A stretch of DNA of 64,000 bases, from the IMG/VR virus record IMGVR_UViG_3300014613_000017, positions 63,184 to 127,183 of that record. One strand, 5' to 3'. This document shows positions 40,401-51,671 of this stretch, one piece after another. The notes beneath the pieces are model-generated. The model saw nothing but the letters and a program-made list of their open reading frames with translations. It had not been told where the DNA came from and did no database searches. Both the position numbers and the translations under genes were made by a program. The stretch is from a virus. Numbering within the stretch: position 1 is the stretch's first letter; each line of letters starts with the position of its first letter.

Positions 40401-43400
40401 CAAGAGTTTGTAGGTGGATTGGATTTATCTAACTTAGATAATAATGAATTAGAGTCATTTGCAAAAGACATAGGAGACATTCAAGTTGCACTACAAGAAG
40501 CTGTAAAAAGTGGAGATGAAGGTGCTTTTGAATCCTCAATTACACAATTGAATCATCTTGCTTCAGTTACTAAGGATTTTGATTCTGACTACGAAAGATT
40601 ATCAGCAACTTTAAAAGATGGAAATGTAAGCTTTAACAATAGCTCAGAAATAATTCGAGTTTTTGCTGATGAGGTTGAAGAAGGTGCGGAAAACGCTACG
40701 GAAGCGTTCCAAAAATACATCTCCACTCTCCAAGAGCTTTCGTCCGTTGAAGAACAGCTTGCTGGTGTCTCACAGAAACAAGTTGATGCAGTTAGTGATT
40801 TAATTTATCTTTATAACAACCTTTCAAATCAGACAAGTTTAACAGCAGATCAGTCACTAATGTTAAAAGACGCTCAAGAAAAATTATCAGCATTATATCC
40901 TCACTTAGTCAAAAATGGAAATGTTCGAATTGACGCAATTGAAGCTGAGCGTAACGCACAAGCAACATTAATTAAGATGATCCAAGCTTCTAAAGAAGGT
41001 CAGCTAACTACTGAAGAAGAGAAGACACTTGCACAACTCCTTGGTACAAATGCACGTATTACAAATATTAACACTGAGATTGCCGCTGTTGCTAAATTAG
41101 CTAATGCGTATTCAGGTGTTTATGAAGCTACTAAACGTGCAGCTATGAATGGCGATGAAGACGCAGGTAGAGCGTTAATGAGAATGTCTGTCCCAATTGC
41201 TAAGTACAATTCACTTCAAGCTGAATTAGCTACTGCAACCGCAAATACAACGAAGCTCAATCGTGAAGCGTCTTATGCTGTGGATAGAGTTGAAGCTTCT
41301 ACCGAGAAAAACTCCAAGTCACAAAAAGATGCAAATAAAACAACTTCCAGTTCAATTTACATTTCAGATAAATACAAAGCAGCTCTAGAGCGTATAAATC
41401 TTGAGATTGAAAAACAACAATCATTGCAGTCTAAGTTTCCAGAATATAGCAGAGACTATCAAGATTCATTAAGAAAAGAATCCACGTTACTAAAGCAAAA
41501 ATTAAAGCTCATCAAAGAACAAACAGCAGCATTAGACAAGCAAATCAAATCAGGTAAGATTGCCTCTACGGGCATGATTACAACTAAGTCCACGACTACT
41601 TCATCATCTAGTGGTTCTAGCGGTGGTTACAGCGGTAAATACTCTGCTGAAATCAATCGAGCAGCGGCAACATATGGAATTGATCCTAATTTGATTGCAG
41701 CAGTTATAAAACAAGAATCTAACTTTAATCCTAATGCTCGTTCACATGTCGGTGCGGCTGGGTTAATGCAATTAATGCCAGCAACAGCAAAAGGTTTAGG
41801 TGTATCTAATTCATACAATCCTGAGCAAAACATCATGGGAGGAACAAAGTATCTCGCTCAGCAATTGAAAGCCTTTGGTGGAAGTATTGAAAAAGCCTTA
41901 GCAGCTTACAATGCGGGACCAGGAAATGTTCGTAAATATGGTGGAACTCCTCCATTTAAAGAGACTCAGAATTATGTTAAGAAGATTTTGGGGAATTACA
42001 GTGGTTCAGGATATTCAACTGGAGTTGCATCAGTAAGCTCTTCTTCTTCCTCTCAATCGGATTCGGCTGCTCAAGCGGCTCAAGCAGTTGACCAAGCTAA
42101 GTCAGATTTATTAGGCTTACAACAAGAGGCTTTAGCTGTGCAGGAAATGATTGAAAAATTAGAGCTAGGTGTAATCAATTCTCAACTTGCTGAATTTGAC
42201 AATACTCGTGAATCATATCAAAGAGTACTAGACTTTGAAGCTGAAAAGATTCAATCTCTCGATGAAGGATCGGAACGTTATGTTGCAACTATTCAGCGTC
42301 AGATTCAATTCTTAGAAAACAAGCAGTCAGTAAACAAGAAAGAATTGGAATACATCAACGGTCTAATCAAAGGCGGTAAACTTTCTGCTAGAGCAATGGA
42401 CGAAATGAAACATCGTGCTCAAGAATTGAAAACTGGCATGATGGCTCTTGATAATGAAATCAAGAATTTCTCTCTCAGCATGGTATCTGATATGGCTGAT
42501 GATGCTATCGACTCAATTAAACGACTATATGAAATGCAACGAGATATAGCAATCAAGCAAAAAGACGAAGAAATCAAGCGTCTTGAAGAAGTTAATAAAG
42601 TACGTATGAAACAATATGATGATGACCTAAAAAGATTTGAGGAAGTCATTAATGCAAAATTACGCTTATTAGATGATCAAGATAGCGAAGACCAATACAA
42701 CAAAGAGCTAGGGAAACTCCAAGAAACTCAAATGAGTTTACAGGACAGAATTAGCATTCTTGGTCTTTCTAATTCACAAGCTGACATAGCTAAGAAGAAA
42801 GAACTTGAAGAAGAATTAGCTAAAGTTATTGAAGAGATTGAAGAGAAGAAAAATGGTCGAACTAAGGATTTGCGTAAGCAAGGACTTCAAGACCAAATGG
42901 ATTCATTTGCAAAAGAAATTGAAGCTAAGCGAGAGTTTGAAGAAGAGTCTTATAATCTTAACAGAGAAAGACTTGAGCGTGAACGACAAGACTTAGAGTA
43001 TTACTACAATGAGCTTATTAACGATGAAATTCATTTTGCTCAGCTAAGAAAAGATATTATCAACGGCAACGTTGACGAAGCTCAAAAAGGAATCAAAGGT
43101 TTCCTTGCAGAATTTAAGAAAATGAACAAAGAGTCAATTGAAGAGTTAACGTTAAGTTGGACTACTTTAGTAAATCTAATTGCAACGGCTGGTGGAAGCT
43201 TAGACGGTTTAGGTGCTATCGGTGCTATTGGTGGCTCTGGTTCAAACTCTAAGGCACAGAAGAGAAGTGATTGGGGTCGCTACATTAACAACAAGCGTTT
43301 AGCTGAATACAACAATCCTACGCCTGAAAGACAGAAACAGCTACGAGAAGAAAATGACACGTTAAGGTCACGTTGGGGATTCCCTGACGGTAGCTACAAA

Positions 43401-43760
43401 GACCTCAAAGATTACCCTATGGTTTTCCACAAAGGCGGAATAGTTGGCGGTAGCAATGACGATATTGTACAGAAAGCAAATAAACTGTTCAATACGAAAA
43501 TGAATGAAACGATGATTAAAGCTGAAATAGGAGAGTTACTTGTTCCTAAGAAAAACTTAATCAACGCATTCTTGCCGAACATGCAAAACTTATTTAAATC
43601 AATAGCTCCTCCTCCACTGATTGCAACAGGTGGTAATAGATATGAATTAAGCCCTGTGATTCAAGTAACCGTGCAAGGCGGAAGTCAGAATATCGGTAGA
43701 GATATAGCAAACGAAACATTCAAACAAATGGAAACAATTTTGAGAGACTTTGGCAAATAA
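37479..43760 (+). CDS. tape measure protein with soluble lytic transglycosylase domain (YomI/CwlP-like)
   Basis: TMP core ([18 protein letters not shown]); SLT motifs [22 protein letters not shown] at about 41.6-42.0 kb; C-terminal FHKGG. Confidence 0.9.
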   Translation: MNTNNGIELKIILGINDTASKGNLNSQITELQKKLDQVKIDIKIDPKAVAALEKLSTMDFSKLTQSVGEVRKESEKMATATAAEIETAMKKATEAIGINFKRVIKGSTDDLDEFKKELAGTNANIKVNFDVKNGRKELNTLKASIEREGITQTVTFEKVSRQIDASRSDIVWMPKAIEETDRQLSNAAKSTNELVAKMNKLQTEGKISNQQFEELTSSISKISNSSGLNRVNQMMDEMVASTKKVNANLAERDQIEKRLVANQQKIQTQVLAVEKAMKSNPSLGNSQEAKELLASYQKLNPASKDFKDNIFDVNTQFSKMKTAASEASRSSMGMVDSFKVAMEKFPIWMAASTIFYAVTRGATDLTRKVIELDTAMVDLQRVMDLPEYKFNEVLEQSIINVENLSGKLGDYMKLVTEFGRMGYNEIETLDMSNTAQMLTNISDLTADESVSSLVAAMTAFNITAEDSVDIADKLNEVDNQYSITTQDLAKSMNKSASTARVFGASLEELLGYTTAIGSATRESGNVVGTSLKTIMSRIMTMPQAATALSEIGISIKDMEGQVRPVADVIDELGRKWNTLSSEEQQNTAIKVAGMHQLSRFNALMLNYETAVDATTTAMDAQGSATREQEKYNKSLEARINRLSTAWYGLADSVGQSILYDGIVVFTESLEGATKAGDSTVASIGALPLILGITGASVALLSSRFSTWTGTMIANRAATMATTAANGSLSASFLNLAETSTVAQRALMMTGVGAALVAVGVGLSLFTKAYSKHIQEQEEFDNYIQKNTEAMNSNREATMGLISEYNNLSEAKEKGDWSSEKEEEYLSVQQKLGEIFPALIKKIDSTGQSHLKNKEAIEAEIKATNDLIDAQNNATVENSNKEFERMNEELSGSWYESFANFAYGSLESRIKQQKNLIEALYEMDANKGAIAEEELKLKQLERQYQQTSEEIKGHIFTVANAMSNIKIDSNLTNMLQEFVGGLDLSNLDNNELESFAKDIGDIQVALQEAVKSGDEGAFESSITQLNHLASVTKDFDSDYERLSATLKDGNVSFNNSSEIIRVFADEVEEGAENATEAFQKYISTLQELSSVEEQLAGVSQKQVDAVSDLIYLYNNLSNQTSLTADQSLMLKDAQEKLSALYPHLVKNGNVRIDAIEAERNAQATLIKMIQASKEGQLTTEEEKTLAQLLGTNARITNINTEIAAVAKLANAYSGVYEATKRAAMNGDEDAGRALMRMSVPIAKYNSLQAELATATANTTKLNREASYAVDRVEASTEKNSKSQKDANKTTSSSIYISDKYKAALERINLEIEKQQSLQSKFPEYSRDYQDSLRKESTLLKQKLKLIKEQTAALDKQIKSGKIASTGMITTKSTTTSSSSGSSGGYSGKYSAEINRAAATYGIDPNLIAAVIKQESNFNPNARSHVGAAGLMQLMPATAKGLGVSNSYNPEQNIMGGTKYLAQQLKAFGGSIEKALAAYNAGPGNVRKYGGTPPFKETQNYVKKILGNYSGSGYSTGVASVSSSSSSQSDSAAQAAQAVDQAKSDLLGLQQEALAVQEMIEKLELGVINSQLAEFDNTRESYQRVLDFEAEKIQSLDEGSERYVATIQRQIQFLENKQSVNKKELEYINGLIKGGKLSARAMDEMKHRAQELKTGMMALDNEIKNFSLSMVSDMADDAIDSIKRLYEMQRDIAIKQKDEEIKRLEEVNKVRMKQYDDDLKRFEEVINAKLRLLDDQDSEDQYNKELGKLQETQMSLQDRISILGLSNSQADIAKKKELEEELAKVIEEIEEKKNGRTKDLRKQGLQDQMDSFAKEIEAKREFEEESYNLNRERLERERQDLEYYYNELINDEIHFAQLRKDIINGNVDEAQKGIKGFLAEFKKMNKESIEELTLSWTTLVNLIATAGGSLDGLGAIGAIGGSGSNSKAQKRSDWGRYINNKRLAEYNNPTPERQKQLREENDTLRSRWGFPDGSYKDLKDYPMVFHKGGIVGGSNDDIVQKANKLFNTKMNETMIKAEIGELLVPKKNLINAFLPNMQNLFKSIAPPPLIATGGNRYELSPVIQVTVQGGSQNIGRDIANETFKQMETILRDFGK

Positions 43761-43800
43761 GCCATCGTCTCTTTTTGTTTGAGATAAAGGAGGCAAAAGA

Positions 43801-46800
43801 TTGTACTGGAATATAGACTTATCTAAAGAGCCATTAAAACCTACCTTTTATTTGTGTAAGCCAAACAAGAAAGTTATAGCAAATATCACTGATGCGTATA
43901 GCTCAAGGCTTACAATTAAGCTAAAAGGAATGAATGAGTTAAATTTCAATGTCCCATATAAAGTGATTAGAAATAACGCTACTGTTCAGAATCCTTATAT
44001 TCATAACATCAGATTTAAATACTTAGTTAAATTAGTATATGGCGAATTCACATCTTATTTCTCCATTCAACCCCCAAGAGAATCAGACCAAGACATCAAC
44101 CACATCTCTGTTCAATGTTTCTCTTTAGAAGATGAATTAAGAAGAAGAAAAATCAGAGTATATAAAAAAGAAGCTGCAACACTTAGAGACGCAACTTACG
44201 ATTTATTGGTAGGCACAAATTGGTCAGTTAACTACATCCCTTCAGAGTTTGTCGGTATTGCTGCCTCAAGAAGAACGTTTGATATAACTTCTAACACTAT
44301 TCTAGAATCACTAAATCAAATAGCAGAGAGCTTTGGATTGATTGTTCAATACGACACAGTTAACAGAGAAATCAACTTCTACAAAGAAGATGAAATCGGT
44401 GCAAATAAAGGCTTAGAAATAAACGACCAAAAGTATCTACAGTCATTCCTTAGAGAAAGCGATAGTGCTGAATTCTGTACACGTTTAAATGTTACTGGTA
44501 AAGACAACTTATCAATCAATCGTGTTAGCTTAACAGGCGAATCCTACATTGAGGACTTTGGCTATTTCTTATATCCATTCTCACGAGACGCTGAAAGAAA
44601 CGTAATAAGTCGTTCAGATTATATGTCCAATGAACTTGGTCATGCACTCCTTGACTATCAAGATTTATTGTTCAGTAAAAAAGGTGTATTTGAAGCTCTT
44701 CTTGAAGAAAAAAGCGTAATTGATGAACAGATAATTGCTAAAGAAAATGAACTATCTGTTATTGAGACTGACCTACAATTAATTGAGGATGAGATTGAAG
44801 TCCAAAAGCAATACGGTAACGACACCACTGCTTTAGAAGTAGATAGAGATGCTAAGACTGCTGAAATGAATGCTAAAATTGTTGAAATAAGTGATCTTAG
44901 AACTCAATTGGATGCTAAGAATGGTGATATTACAAGCCTTCGATTTGCAATTTCAAAAGAGGTTAACTTTACTGCTGAACTGCTAACTGAATTACAGGAG
45001 TATGTAATAGAAGAAGATTGGTCAGATAGCAATCAATATGAAGACACAACACTATATGCAGCAGGATTAGATGAATTCGACAGAAGAAAATTCCCACCTA
45101 TGTCATTAAATCTTGATATTGTAAACTTCCAATCTATTCTAACAGAACAGAAGAATTGGAATAAGTTAACGCTAGGTGACACTATTAGATTTAAGAAAGA
45201 AGAAATGGGTATTGATTTAAAAGCTAATCTAATTGAAGCGTCTTTCTCCTTCGACAGCGATGATATTAGTATTGTTGTTTCTAACTTATTAGAAGTTAAT
45301 GATGTCAAGAAGAGAATGATGAGACGACTATATAAATCTGAAAATGCTTCAGACATATTAGATATAAATAAAGGCAACTGGAACGATATCGGTGATGACC
45401 TAAAGAAATATATAGATGAGCAAATTTCAGAGACTGAGGAATCTCTAGGTAATTTAAATCGTGATGTTGAGCGTTTTTATGCAGATGGATATATCACGAA
45501 GACAGAAGCCAATTTTCTTAAGTTAAGTCTACAAGAAACTAAAGCTGAATCGGTTGATCTAATCTTAGTTGCAGAATCACTTAATATCACAACAGAGAAA
45601 ACAAATTATGAGCAATCACTTACTGAACTTGAAACACTACTAAGCAACTGGATAGACCAAACATCTTATCCTATATCAATATTGTTAGCTGACAGAGAGC
45701 TATATGCAGTGAAGTTTCAAAACGTGCAGAAGAACAAAACGATACTTGCCGACAAAATTATTACAGTACGTGACAATGCTCTTGAAGCACTTCTATCTGA
45801 GCAAATTGCAGAATTCTCTAATGATGGATTAGTTTCCTTGGCTGAAGCAAATATGCTTGAAACAACTCTTGCAAGTGTTAAACAAGAGTCAATTGAAATT
45901 ATCAATGTAGCTACCTCACTTTTAATAACTACTGAGAAAACAGCATATCAAGACTCATTAATATCTCTAGAAACACTTTTAAATACAGTTTGGATTAATC
46001 AAGCTTCTTATCCTTCTGCAATCACACCTACAGATAGAATAAACTTAGAAGATAGCATAAAAGCTGTTCAACAAGCTAAGTCAACTTTGAATAATAAAAT
46101 TGTAGACGTTCAATCTCAAGCTGGTAAAGATGCTGATGAAGAAACAAAGAAATCAATTAGGAATCCTAGCCCTATTCTTCCTCCTACTATTAAGAATGAC
46201 GGTTCAGCAATTGACCATGTAAGCAATAAAGATAGCTCAGTGGACATTTCATTTGAATGGGAGTTTACTGAAGATGCTGATAGTCCTATTAATGGGTTTG
46301 GAGTAACAGTATTCTCAAGTGATGTAGCAACCGGACACACTCCTAGCTTACAGACAGACTATGTGGTTCAAGTTGATAAGTCTAGTCGCTCATTTGTATT
46401 AACAGGCGTAACAGCTAATAAATATTATACTTTTGGAGTCGTAGCATATAGAAATGTTGATTCATCAATTAATGCAGAAGGTATTATTCGTTCAACAATT
46501 GCTACATCTAGCTTAATTACAGAAAGTCCTTATCGACCTTCTACTAACATTAGCTATGAGGGCGATATTGCTGGAACAATTGGTGGAACTCCTTATGATC
46601 GCTTTAACCGTAATTCAGAGACTATTATCATCGGTACAAAATATGGACTAGATGGGACAATTCCAAGCAATATAAATAAAGCTGATATCATTATTGAAGC
46701 CAATGACCAAAGAGCAAACGTAGCAATCAATGCAGCAATAGCTTCTATAAAGAATACAGGGGGAATCGTTAAGTTTTTAGAGGGGTATTATTTCATCTAT

Positions 46801-47835
46801 GAACCAATTATCGTTCCTTCTAATATCATGTTGTCAGGCAGTGGACGCTCAACAATCTTCATTCAGAATACACCAAGTGATGCAACAAGTATTGTTGATG
46901 GTTACTTGCGAGGGATGATTGAAAATGAGGATGGCGTGAACGGTAACATCAATATAATCATTAGAGACTTGTCCATTCATTGTGGTATCACAGCTATCAA
47001 CAACAAAAGCTTCGACCCAATGAGAGGTGCTTACCTTAAGAAAACTCAAGAGTGTGTTATTAGTGGTATCAACTTTATACAGACTCAAGTTGGCAGCCTT
47101 TTAATGGACGGTTGTATCCGAAATATGATTACCAACAACTTTGTAAATGACTCTCCTATGTTAGTTAGACTTAGAGGATCATCATTGGATAACTTAATCT
47201 CAGACAATATGTTCTTTGGTAACGGTGGAGATGGAACAGCAGTTGCAAGAGATGCTGTTCATGTAGAGGCAGGATCGAACGGAAACACTTTCTCTAATAA
47301 TTCAATTAAAAATGCATCAAGTGGAATCACTTCATATGGTGATAGCACACAAATAATAAACAATAAGATAACTGATACAACTGGCACTATTACTGGAAAT
47401 GGAAACGGAATTTCTATAGTAGATGCTAGGTTCTGCGAAATCAATGGAAATCATGTAAGTGGAACTAGTAGTGCTGGAATACGTGTAAATGCTTCAGATA
47501 ATGCAGTTAAATCAAACAATGTAACTACGACTAATCACGAAGGAATACTAGTACTTGGGGCGGAAAATGAAATTAAAGGTAACACTGTTTTGGACAGTTC
47601 GAAATCCGTAACCAACACTTACAGTAATATCAAAGTAGCTAACACTGGCTCTAACAATAACAACGTAAGCAACAACAAATGTCGTAGTCAGAGCTACCAA
47701 AGTAAATATGGTATCGAGATTTCTGGCGGAGATAAAAATATTATAAAAGATAATGATTTAAAGACTTCAGGATTCAGTGGAGCAATTAGTGATGCTGGTA
47801 CTGGAACAACTCTTGAAGGAAATATTACCGTATAA
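43801..47835 (+). CDS. tail spike/Tal protein: prophage tail endopeptidase-like N-terminus, internal repeat, C-terminal right-handed beta-helix
   Basis: CTRLNVTGKD motif; TTG start after RBS GGAGG; N/G-rich beta-helix repeats. Confidence 0.75.
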   Translation: MYWNIDLSKEPLKPTFYLCKPNKKVIANITDAYSSRLTIKLKGMNELNFNVPYKVIRNNATVQNPYIHNIRFKYLVKLVYGEFTSYFSIQPPRESDQDINHISVQCFSLEDELRRRKIRVYKKEAATLRDATYDLLVGTNWSVNYIPSEFVGIAASRRTFDITSNTILESLNQIAESFGLIVQYDTVNREINFYKEDEIGANKGLEINDQKYLQSFLRESDSAEFCTRLNVTGKDNLSINRVSLTGESYIEDFGYFLYPFSRDAERNVISRSDYMSNELGHALLDYQDLLFSKKGVFEALLEEKSVIDEQIIAKENELSVIETDLQLIEDEIEVQKQYGNDTTALEVDRDAKTAEMNAKIVEISDLRTQLDAKNGDITSLRFAISKEVNFTAELLTELQEYVIEEDWSDSNQYEDTTLYAAGLDEFDRRKFPPMSLNLDIVNFQSILTEQKNWNKLTLGDTIRFKKEEMGIDLKANLIEASFSFDSDDISIVVSNLLEVNDVKKRMMRRLYKSENASDILDINKGNWNDIGDDLKKYIDEQISETEESLGNLNRDVERFYADGYITKTEANFLKLSLQETKAESVDLILVAESLNITTEKTNYEQSLTELETLLSNWIDQTSYPISILLADRELYAVKFQNVQKNKTILADKIITVRDNALEALLSEQIAEFSNDGLVSLAEANMLETTLASVKQESIEIINVATSLLITTEKTAYQDSLISLETLLNTVWINQASYPSAITPTDRINLEDSIKAVQQAKSTLNNKIVDVQSQAGKDADEETKKSIRNPSPILPPTIKNDGSAIDHVSNKDSSVDISFEWEFTEDADSPINGFGVTVFSSDVATGHTPSLQTDYVVQVDKSSRSFVLTGVTANKYYTFGVVAYRNVDSSINAEGIIRSTIATSSLITESPYRPSTNISYEGDIAGTIGGTPYDRFNRNSETIIIGTKYGLDGTIPSNINKADIIIEANDQRANVAINAAIASIKNTGGIVKFLEGYYFIYEPIIVPSNIMLSGSGRSTIFIQNTPSDATSIVDGYLRGMIENEDGVNGNINIIIRDLSIHCGITAINNKSFDPMRGAYLKKTQECVISGINFIQTQVGSLLMDGCIRNMITNNFVNDSPMLVRLRGSSLDNLISDNMFFGNGGDGTAVARDAVHVEAGSNGNTFSNNSIKNASSGITSYGDSTQIINNKITDTTGTITGNGNGISIVDARFCEINGNHVSGTSSAGIRVNASDNAVKSNNVTTTNHEGILVLGAENEIKGNTVLDSSKSVTNTYSNIKVANTGSNNNNVSNNKCRSQSYQSKYGIEISGGDKNIIKDNDLKTSGFSGAISDAGTGTTLEGNITV

Positions 47836-47852
47836 AATAAGAGGTGAAGTAA

Positions 47853-48224
47853 ATGAGAGTGGTTGATGGTAAAGCAATATTTCCACTTTGGGTAATCGAA
47901 GCATCTGTTCCCACTGACGATACAAACAGTCAGCAGTTTTTAAAAGATGAGGGATTTGTTAATTCGAAAAGAGATATTTACGATGAAGCAGAATCAAACT
48001 TCTTATCTTCTCTTTTAACTAAAGAAGGAATAAGTTACACAATAACAGACTCCCCTTCAATTGATAAAAAAGACGCTGAGACTCTGATTTTCAAAAGTAG
48101 AGATGAGTTAATTAAATACCTTAACGAAGGCGTAGCACCAAGTAAAACAATTCAGGAGCTAGAAGAACAGGTGAAGTCTACGGAAGATGCTCTTCTCACA
48201 TTAATGTTTACAGGGGTGACATGA
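47853..48224 (+). CDS. tail fibre-associated protein (XkdW-like position)
   Basis: C-terminal coiled coil ...EDALLTLMF upstream of an XkdX-like gene. Confidence 0.5.
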   Translation: MRVVDGKAIFPLWVIEASVPTDDTNSQQFLKDEGFVNSKRDIYDEAESNFLSSLLTKEGISYTITDSPSIDKKDAETLIFKSRDELIKYLNEGVAPSKTIQELEEQVKSTEDALLTLMFTGVT

Positions 48225-48355
48225 GAATGTTTGAGTTTTTACTAAAAGCATATTTAGACCCAAATAAAAACGTTGGAATCACTCAAATTGAGTATGCTTT
48301 CTCTAAAGGATGGATTACAGAGGAAGAGAAGATTCAGATTTTAAATTCCAAATAA
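48221..48355 (+). CDS. XkdX-like small protein (44 aa)
   Basis: ...AFSKGWITEEEKIQIL motif; not in ORF track. Confidence 0.6.
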   Translation: MRMFEFLLKAYLDPNKNVGITQIEYAFSKGWITEEEKIQILNSK

Positions 48356-48389
48356 ATAAAAATAAATTATAAGAGGAGGTGAATATTTA

Positions 48390-49166
48390 TTGCGAGAAGC
48401 TATAAATTTTACCTTTGACGGAATATCTTCTGAGGATATGGGAGTCATTATCGCTTCCCCTACTGGTGGATTGTATGATGAATTCTTTCTTCCAAGAAGA
48501 AGTATTGTTGAGGTTAAAATACCAAAGAAGCATATACCTTATCATCAGAGAATGGAACTTGAGCCAATCTCTTTTTCTTTGACTATTTTTATTGAAGAGT
48601 GGGATGAAAGAGATAATCTCAGACAGATTGCTAGGTGGTTATTCCAAGACTTTTATAAACCACTCGTATTCGAAACTAATCCTGATCGAATTTTCTACGC
48701 AATGTTTCATGGTGATTCTAGACTGAAACATAACGGTGCAAAACAGGGATACATTGAGTTAGATGTAAGATGTAACTCCCCTTTCACATATAGTCGGACA
48801 CAAGAAGTTGAGACATTAGAAGTCAGAGCAACTAATATTAATAATTTATTATCAATCTTCAATGAAGGTGATATGTCAATCAAGCCTAGAGCATGGATTA
48901 CAAAAAGAGTTGCTGGTGGTTCAATCACCATCACAAATGAATCGAATGAACAGTTGATAACAATTGATAATCTCCTATTAGATGAGGAAGTATTCATTGA
49001 CTTTGAAAACGTTGAAATAATTTCATCTCTTGAAACCTCAGACGTATATCACTATGACAATCATAATGGCATTTGGCTTGAATTGATTGAGGGTGATAAT
49101 TCGTTAAGTTTTATTGGAGATTTTGATATTCGATTTGAATTTGAAAGGGTTTATTTCGCTGATTAA
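48390..49166 (+). CDS. distal tail protein (Dit)
   Basis: FTFDGISSEDMG N-terminus, CNSPF motif, LIEGDNSL C-terminus. Confidence 0.75.
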   Translation: MREAINFTFDGISSEDMGVIIASPTGGLYDEFFLPRRSIVEVKIPKKHIPYHQRMELEPISFSLTIFIEEWDERDNLRQIARWLFQDFYKPLVFETNPDRIFYAMFHGDSRLKHNGAKQGYIELDVRCNSPFTYSRTQEVETLEVRATNINNLLSIFNEGDMSIKPRAWITKRVAGGSITITNESNEQLITIDNLLLDEEVFIDFENVEIISSLETSDVYHYDNHNGIWLELIEGDNSLSFIGDFDIRFEFERVYFAD

Positions 49167-49185
49167 ATGAAAGGCGGTTTTACTA

Positions 49186-49515
49186 ATGAGTAAAATCAAA
49201 AAAAGATTTAAAACCTTCTTGACTGACGGAAATGGGGTAAGTGAACGTGACTTCCTTATAATTATATCAGCAGGAATATTCTTCTTATTTGTTGCGATTG
49301 GTTTGATTATGGTTTTGTTTAATCAGCAAATTGATTCGATGTATCTGTCCTTATTAGATATGGTTGCTCCAGTAGTTATGACCATAACGGGCGGTCTATT
49401 CGGTGTCTCTATTGCGGAAACAATTGCAAATCGACCAAATAAACAACAAGACATTAATGTAGACGCTACTATAGTGCCAAGTGAAAACACAATAGAAGAG
49501 GATGATATTATATGA
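49186..49515 (+). CDS. holin-like membrane protein
   Basis: Two hydrophobic segments; upstream of endolysin. Confidence 0.55.
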   Translation: MSKIKKRFKTFLTDGNGVSERDFLIIISAGIFFLFVAIGLIMVLFNQQIDSMYLSLLDMVAPVVMTITGGLFGVSIAETIANRPNKQQDINVDATIVPSENTIEEDDII

Positions 49516-49754
49516 AAATTAATAAAGATGTGTTATTACAAAAGATTGCTTCACGTAAGTTTTGGGCTTTAATTGCAGGTTTAACAGGAGCAGTTTTGAT
49601 GGCTCTTAATTTTGATGCTGGATCAACAGAACAAATCGTTGGAATTGTGACTGGTGCAGGAACAATTTTTACCTACCTTCTAGCCGAAGCAATTACAGAC
49701 TCTGCTCGTGCTAAGAACCCTGAAGTAATCGTAGTAGAAAAAGAAGTAGAGTAA
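49512..49754 (+). CDS. holin
   Basis: KIASRKFWALIAG...YLLAEAITDSAR phage holin pattern. Confidence 0.7.
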   Translation: MKINKDVLLQKIASRKFWALIAGLTGAVLMALNFDAGSTEQIVGIVTGAGTIFTYLLAEAITDSARAKNPEVIVVEKEVE

Positions 49755-49827
49755 ATAAATTATAACGAATTGGAAGTGTCAAAAATGATGCTTCTTTTTT
49801 GTTTGATTCAGAAAAGGAGGAAAAAGT

Positions 49828-50610
49828 ATGAGTTTCAAAATGAAGCATACGATGAGAAATGATTTACTGCCTATTGGGACAAAGAGACGCAGTGGAATTA
49901 AGATTAACAAAGTACGCTTCGGAGTTAGTCATGACACTGGAAATCCTAATTCAACTGCACAAGGAAACGTTAATTACTATAAGAATTCCGCTAATGACCA
50001 ATCGGCTTCTGCTCAAGTATTTATTGATGAGAAAGAAATCCTCATATGCATTCCGTTAGATGAGAAGGCATGGCATGTTATTTATGAGAAACCGATTGAT
50101 AATCAATTGTATGGCGATGACGCAAATGATATTGCCATCGGCATAGAGCTTTGTTATTTCCCAAATGACTATAATCGTTCTTTGAAGGCTTATGAAAAAT
50201 ATGTATGGTTTCATGCATGGTTAGCTTACACTTACAAATTAGATATTAGCAAAGATTTTGTTGGTCATTACACACTTGATCCACAGCGTAAAACTGACCC
50301 AATGAATGCATTTAAAGTAGTTGGTAAAACTTTCGCTCAGTTTCTAAAGGATGTTCAAGCCGAATACAATGACTGCACAAAAATAGTCCTTGCTGCTTCT
50401 GTCAATGACGATAAAATAAAGGATGGTGTTAGAATGTTTAAGCCAAGTAAAGCAGTATTAACTCGTGAGATGATTGCATTTTTAGATAAAGCTAAAGCAG
50501 ATGGTGTATTTTCATCTGACGAATGGAAAGAAAAAGCTCTTCAAGGCGAGTTGCCAATTGATGATGTTCTTGGATTAATTGCTGCTTATCTAAATAGAAC
50601 ACATGAATAA
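49828..50610 (+). CDS. endolysin, N-acetylmuramoyl-L-alanine amidase (Amidase_2)
   Basis: HDTGN, AWH, IGIELC, GH...KTDP motifs. Confidence 0.9.
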   Translation: MSFKMKHTMRNDLLPIGTKRRSGIKINKVRFGVSHDTGNPNSTAQGNVNYYKNSANDQSASAQVFIDEKEILICIPLDEKAWHVIYEKPIDNQLYGDDANDIAIGIELCYFPNDYNRSLKAYEKYVWFHAWLAYTYKLDISKDFVGHYTLDPQRKTDPMNAFKVVGKTFAQFLKDVQAEYNDCTKIVLAASVNDDKIKDGVRMFKPSKAVLTREMIAFLDKAKADGVFSSDEWKEKALQGELPIDDVLGLIAAYLNRTHE

Positions 50611-50645
50611 ATTATAAATAAACCACTGAATATAAGGAGTCTTTT

Positions 50646-51095
50646 ATGAGATTAAAAAATTATGAAATCGAAACTTTTACTAATTTACTATTCAATATGA
50701 AATTAAAAAGCAGAGATTCAAGAATGCGAACTCGACTCGTTAGACAACTAGATGAATATTGGCAGTCTGTATTTCAAGCCGAACGAACAGAATTAATAAG
50801 TCAATATGCAAAAAAAGATGTGAATGGTGAAATTGTTCTTAATGAGGATAGAACACAAGCAATCTTAATTGAAGAGTCGATTCCAGAGTTCAATGCTGAA
50901 TTCAATATGCTCATGAATGAGGAGTATGTAATTGAAGAGAATGAGACTAATAGAGAAATGCTTCTAATTGTTGCTCATTTAATACTCAATTGTGAATTAG
51001 AATTCAATGGAAACGATGCAGTTATGTATGACAATTGGTGTGAGAAATTCGAGGAAATAATTGAGCGATATCACACAACCGAGGAAATAAAGTAA
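50646..51095 (+). CDS. hypothetical phage protein
   Basis: 149 aa, RBS AAGGAG. Confidence 0.65.
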   Translation: MRLKNYEIETFTNLLFNMKLKSRDSRMRTRLVRQLDEYWQSVFQAERTELISQYAKKDVNGEIVLNEDRTQAILIEESIPEFNAEFNMLMNEEYVIEENETNREMLLIVAHLILNCELEFNGNDAVMYDNWCEKFEEIIERYHTTEEIK

Positions 51096-51149
51096 TACGA
51101 GACATAGACAACTAGAAACCAAGGAGATGATCCACTTAGGAGTGATTGA

Positions 51150-51578
51150 ATGTCGGAAAACACTGATAAAAGTTTATACGTTCGCATGGAGCTTGTCGAA
51201 GAAAAGGTTGATGGAGTGTATAAGAAGGTTGATAAACTTGAGGATGAGCAAGATTCTTTAGACAAGATTACAACAATAACAGAAATACATCTCAAAGAAA
51301 TGCAAAAGAGAGAAATGAAGCAAGAGCTTCGTGAAGAAAAACAAGAGACAATATTAAGCAATCTTTCTTTAGCTATTACTAACATGACTTCAACACTGAA
51401 TAATATAAATTTAAATCTACAAAAATTAAACAGTGGACAAGAAGATTTAGAAAAACGTATTGGTAAAATTGAAGACAACAACAGAATTGATATTCCTTCA
51501 TTCATCAAGCAAATTATATGGGTAGGTATTCCTGCAATTATAATTGCTGCTGCGATGTTGTGGTTAAATCTTAAATAA
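51150..51578 (+). CDS. XhlA/holin-accessory-like protein
   Basis: Coiled coil with single C-terminal transmembrane segment. Confidence 0.5.
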   Translation: MSENTDKSLYVRMELVEEKVDGVYKKVDKLEDEQDSLDKITTITEIHLKEMQKREMKQELREEKQETILSNLSLAITNMTSTLNNINLNLQKLNSGQEDLEKRIGKIEDNNRIDIPSFIKQIIWVGIPAIIIAAAMLWLNLK

Positions 51579-51671
51579 TTAATTATAAATAAAATGCAAG
51601 TTTTAATTGAGGCATGTCTTAGAAACATGTCTCTTTTCTATATAACTTTCAAAAGAAATGGGAGTGAATAA

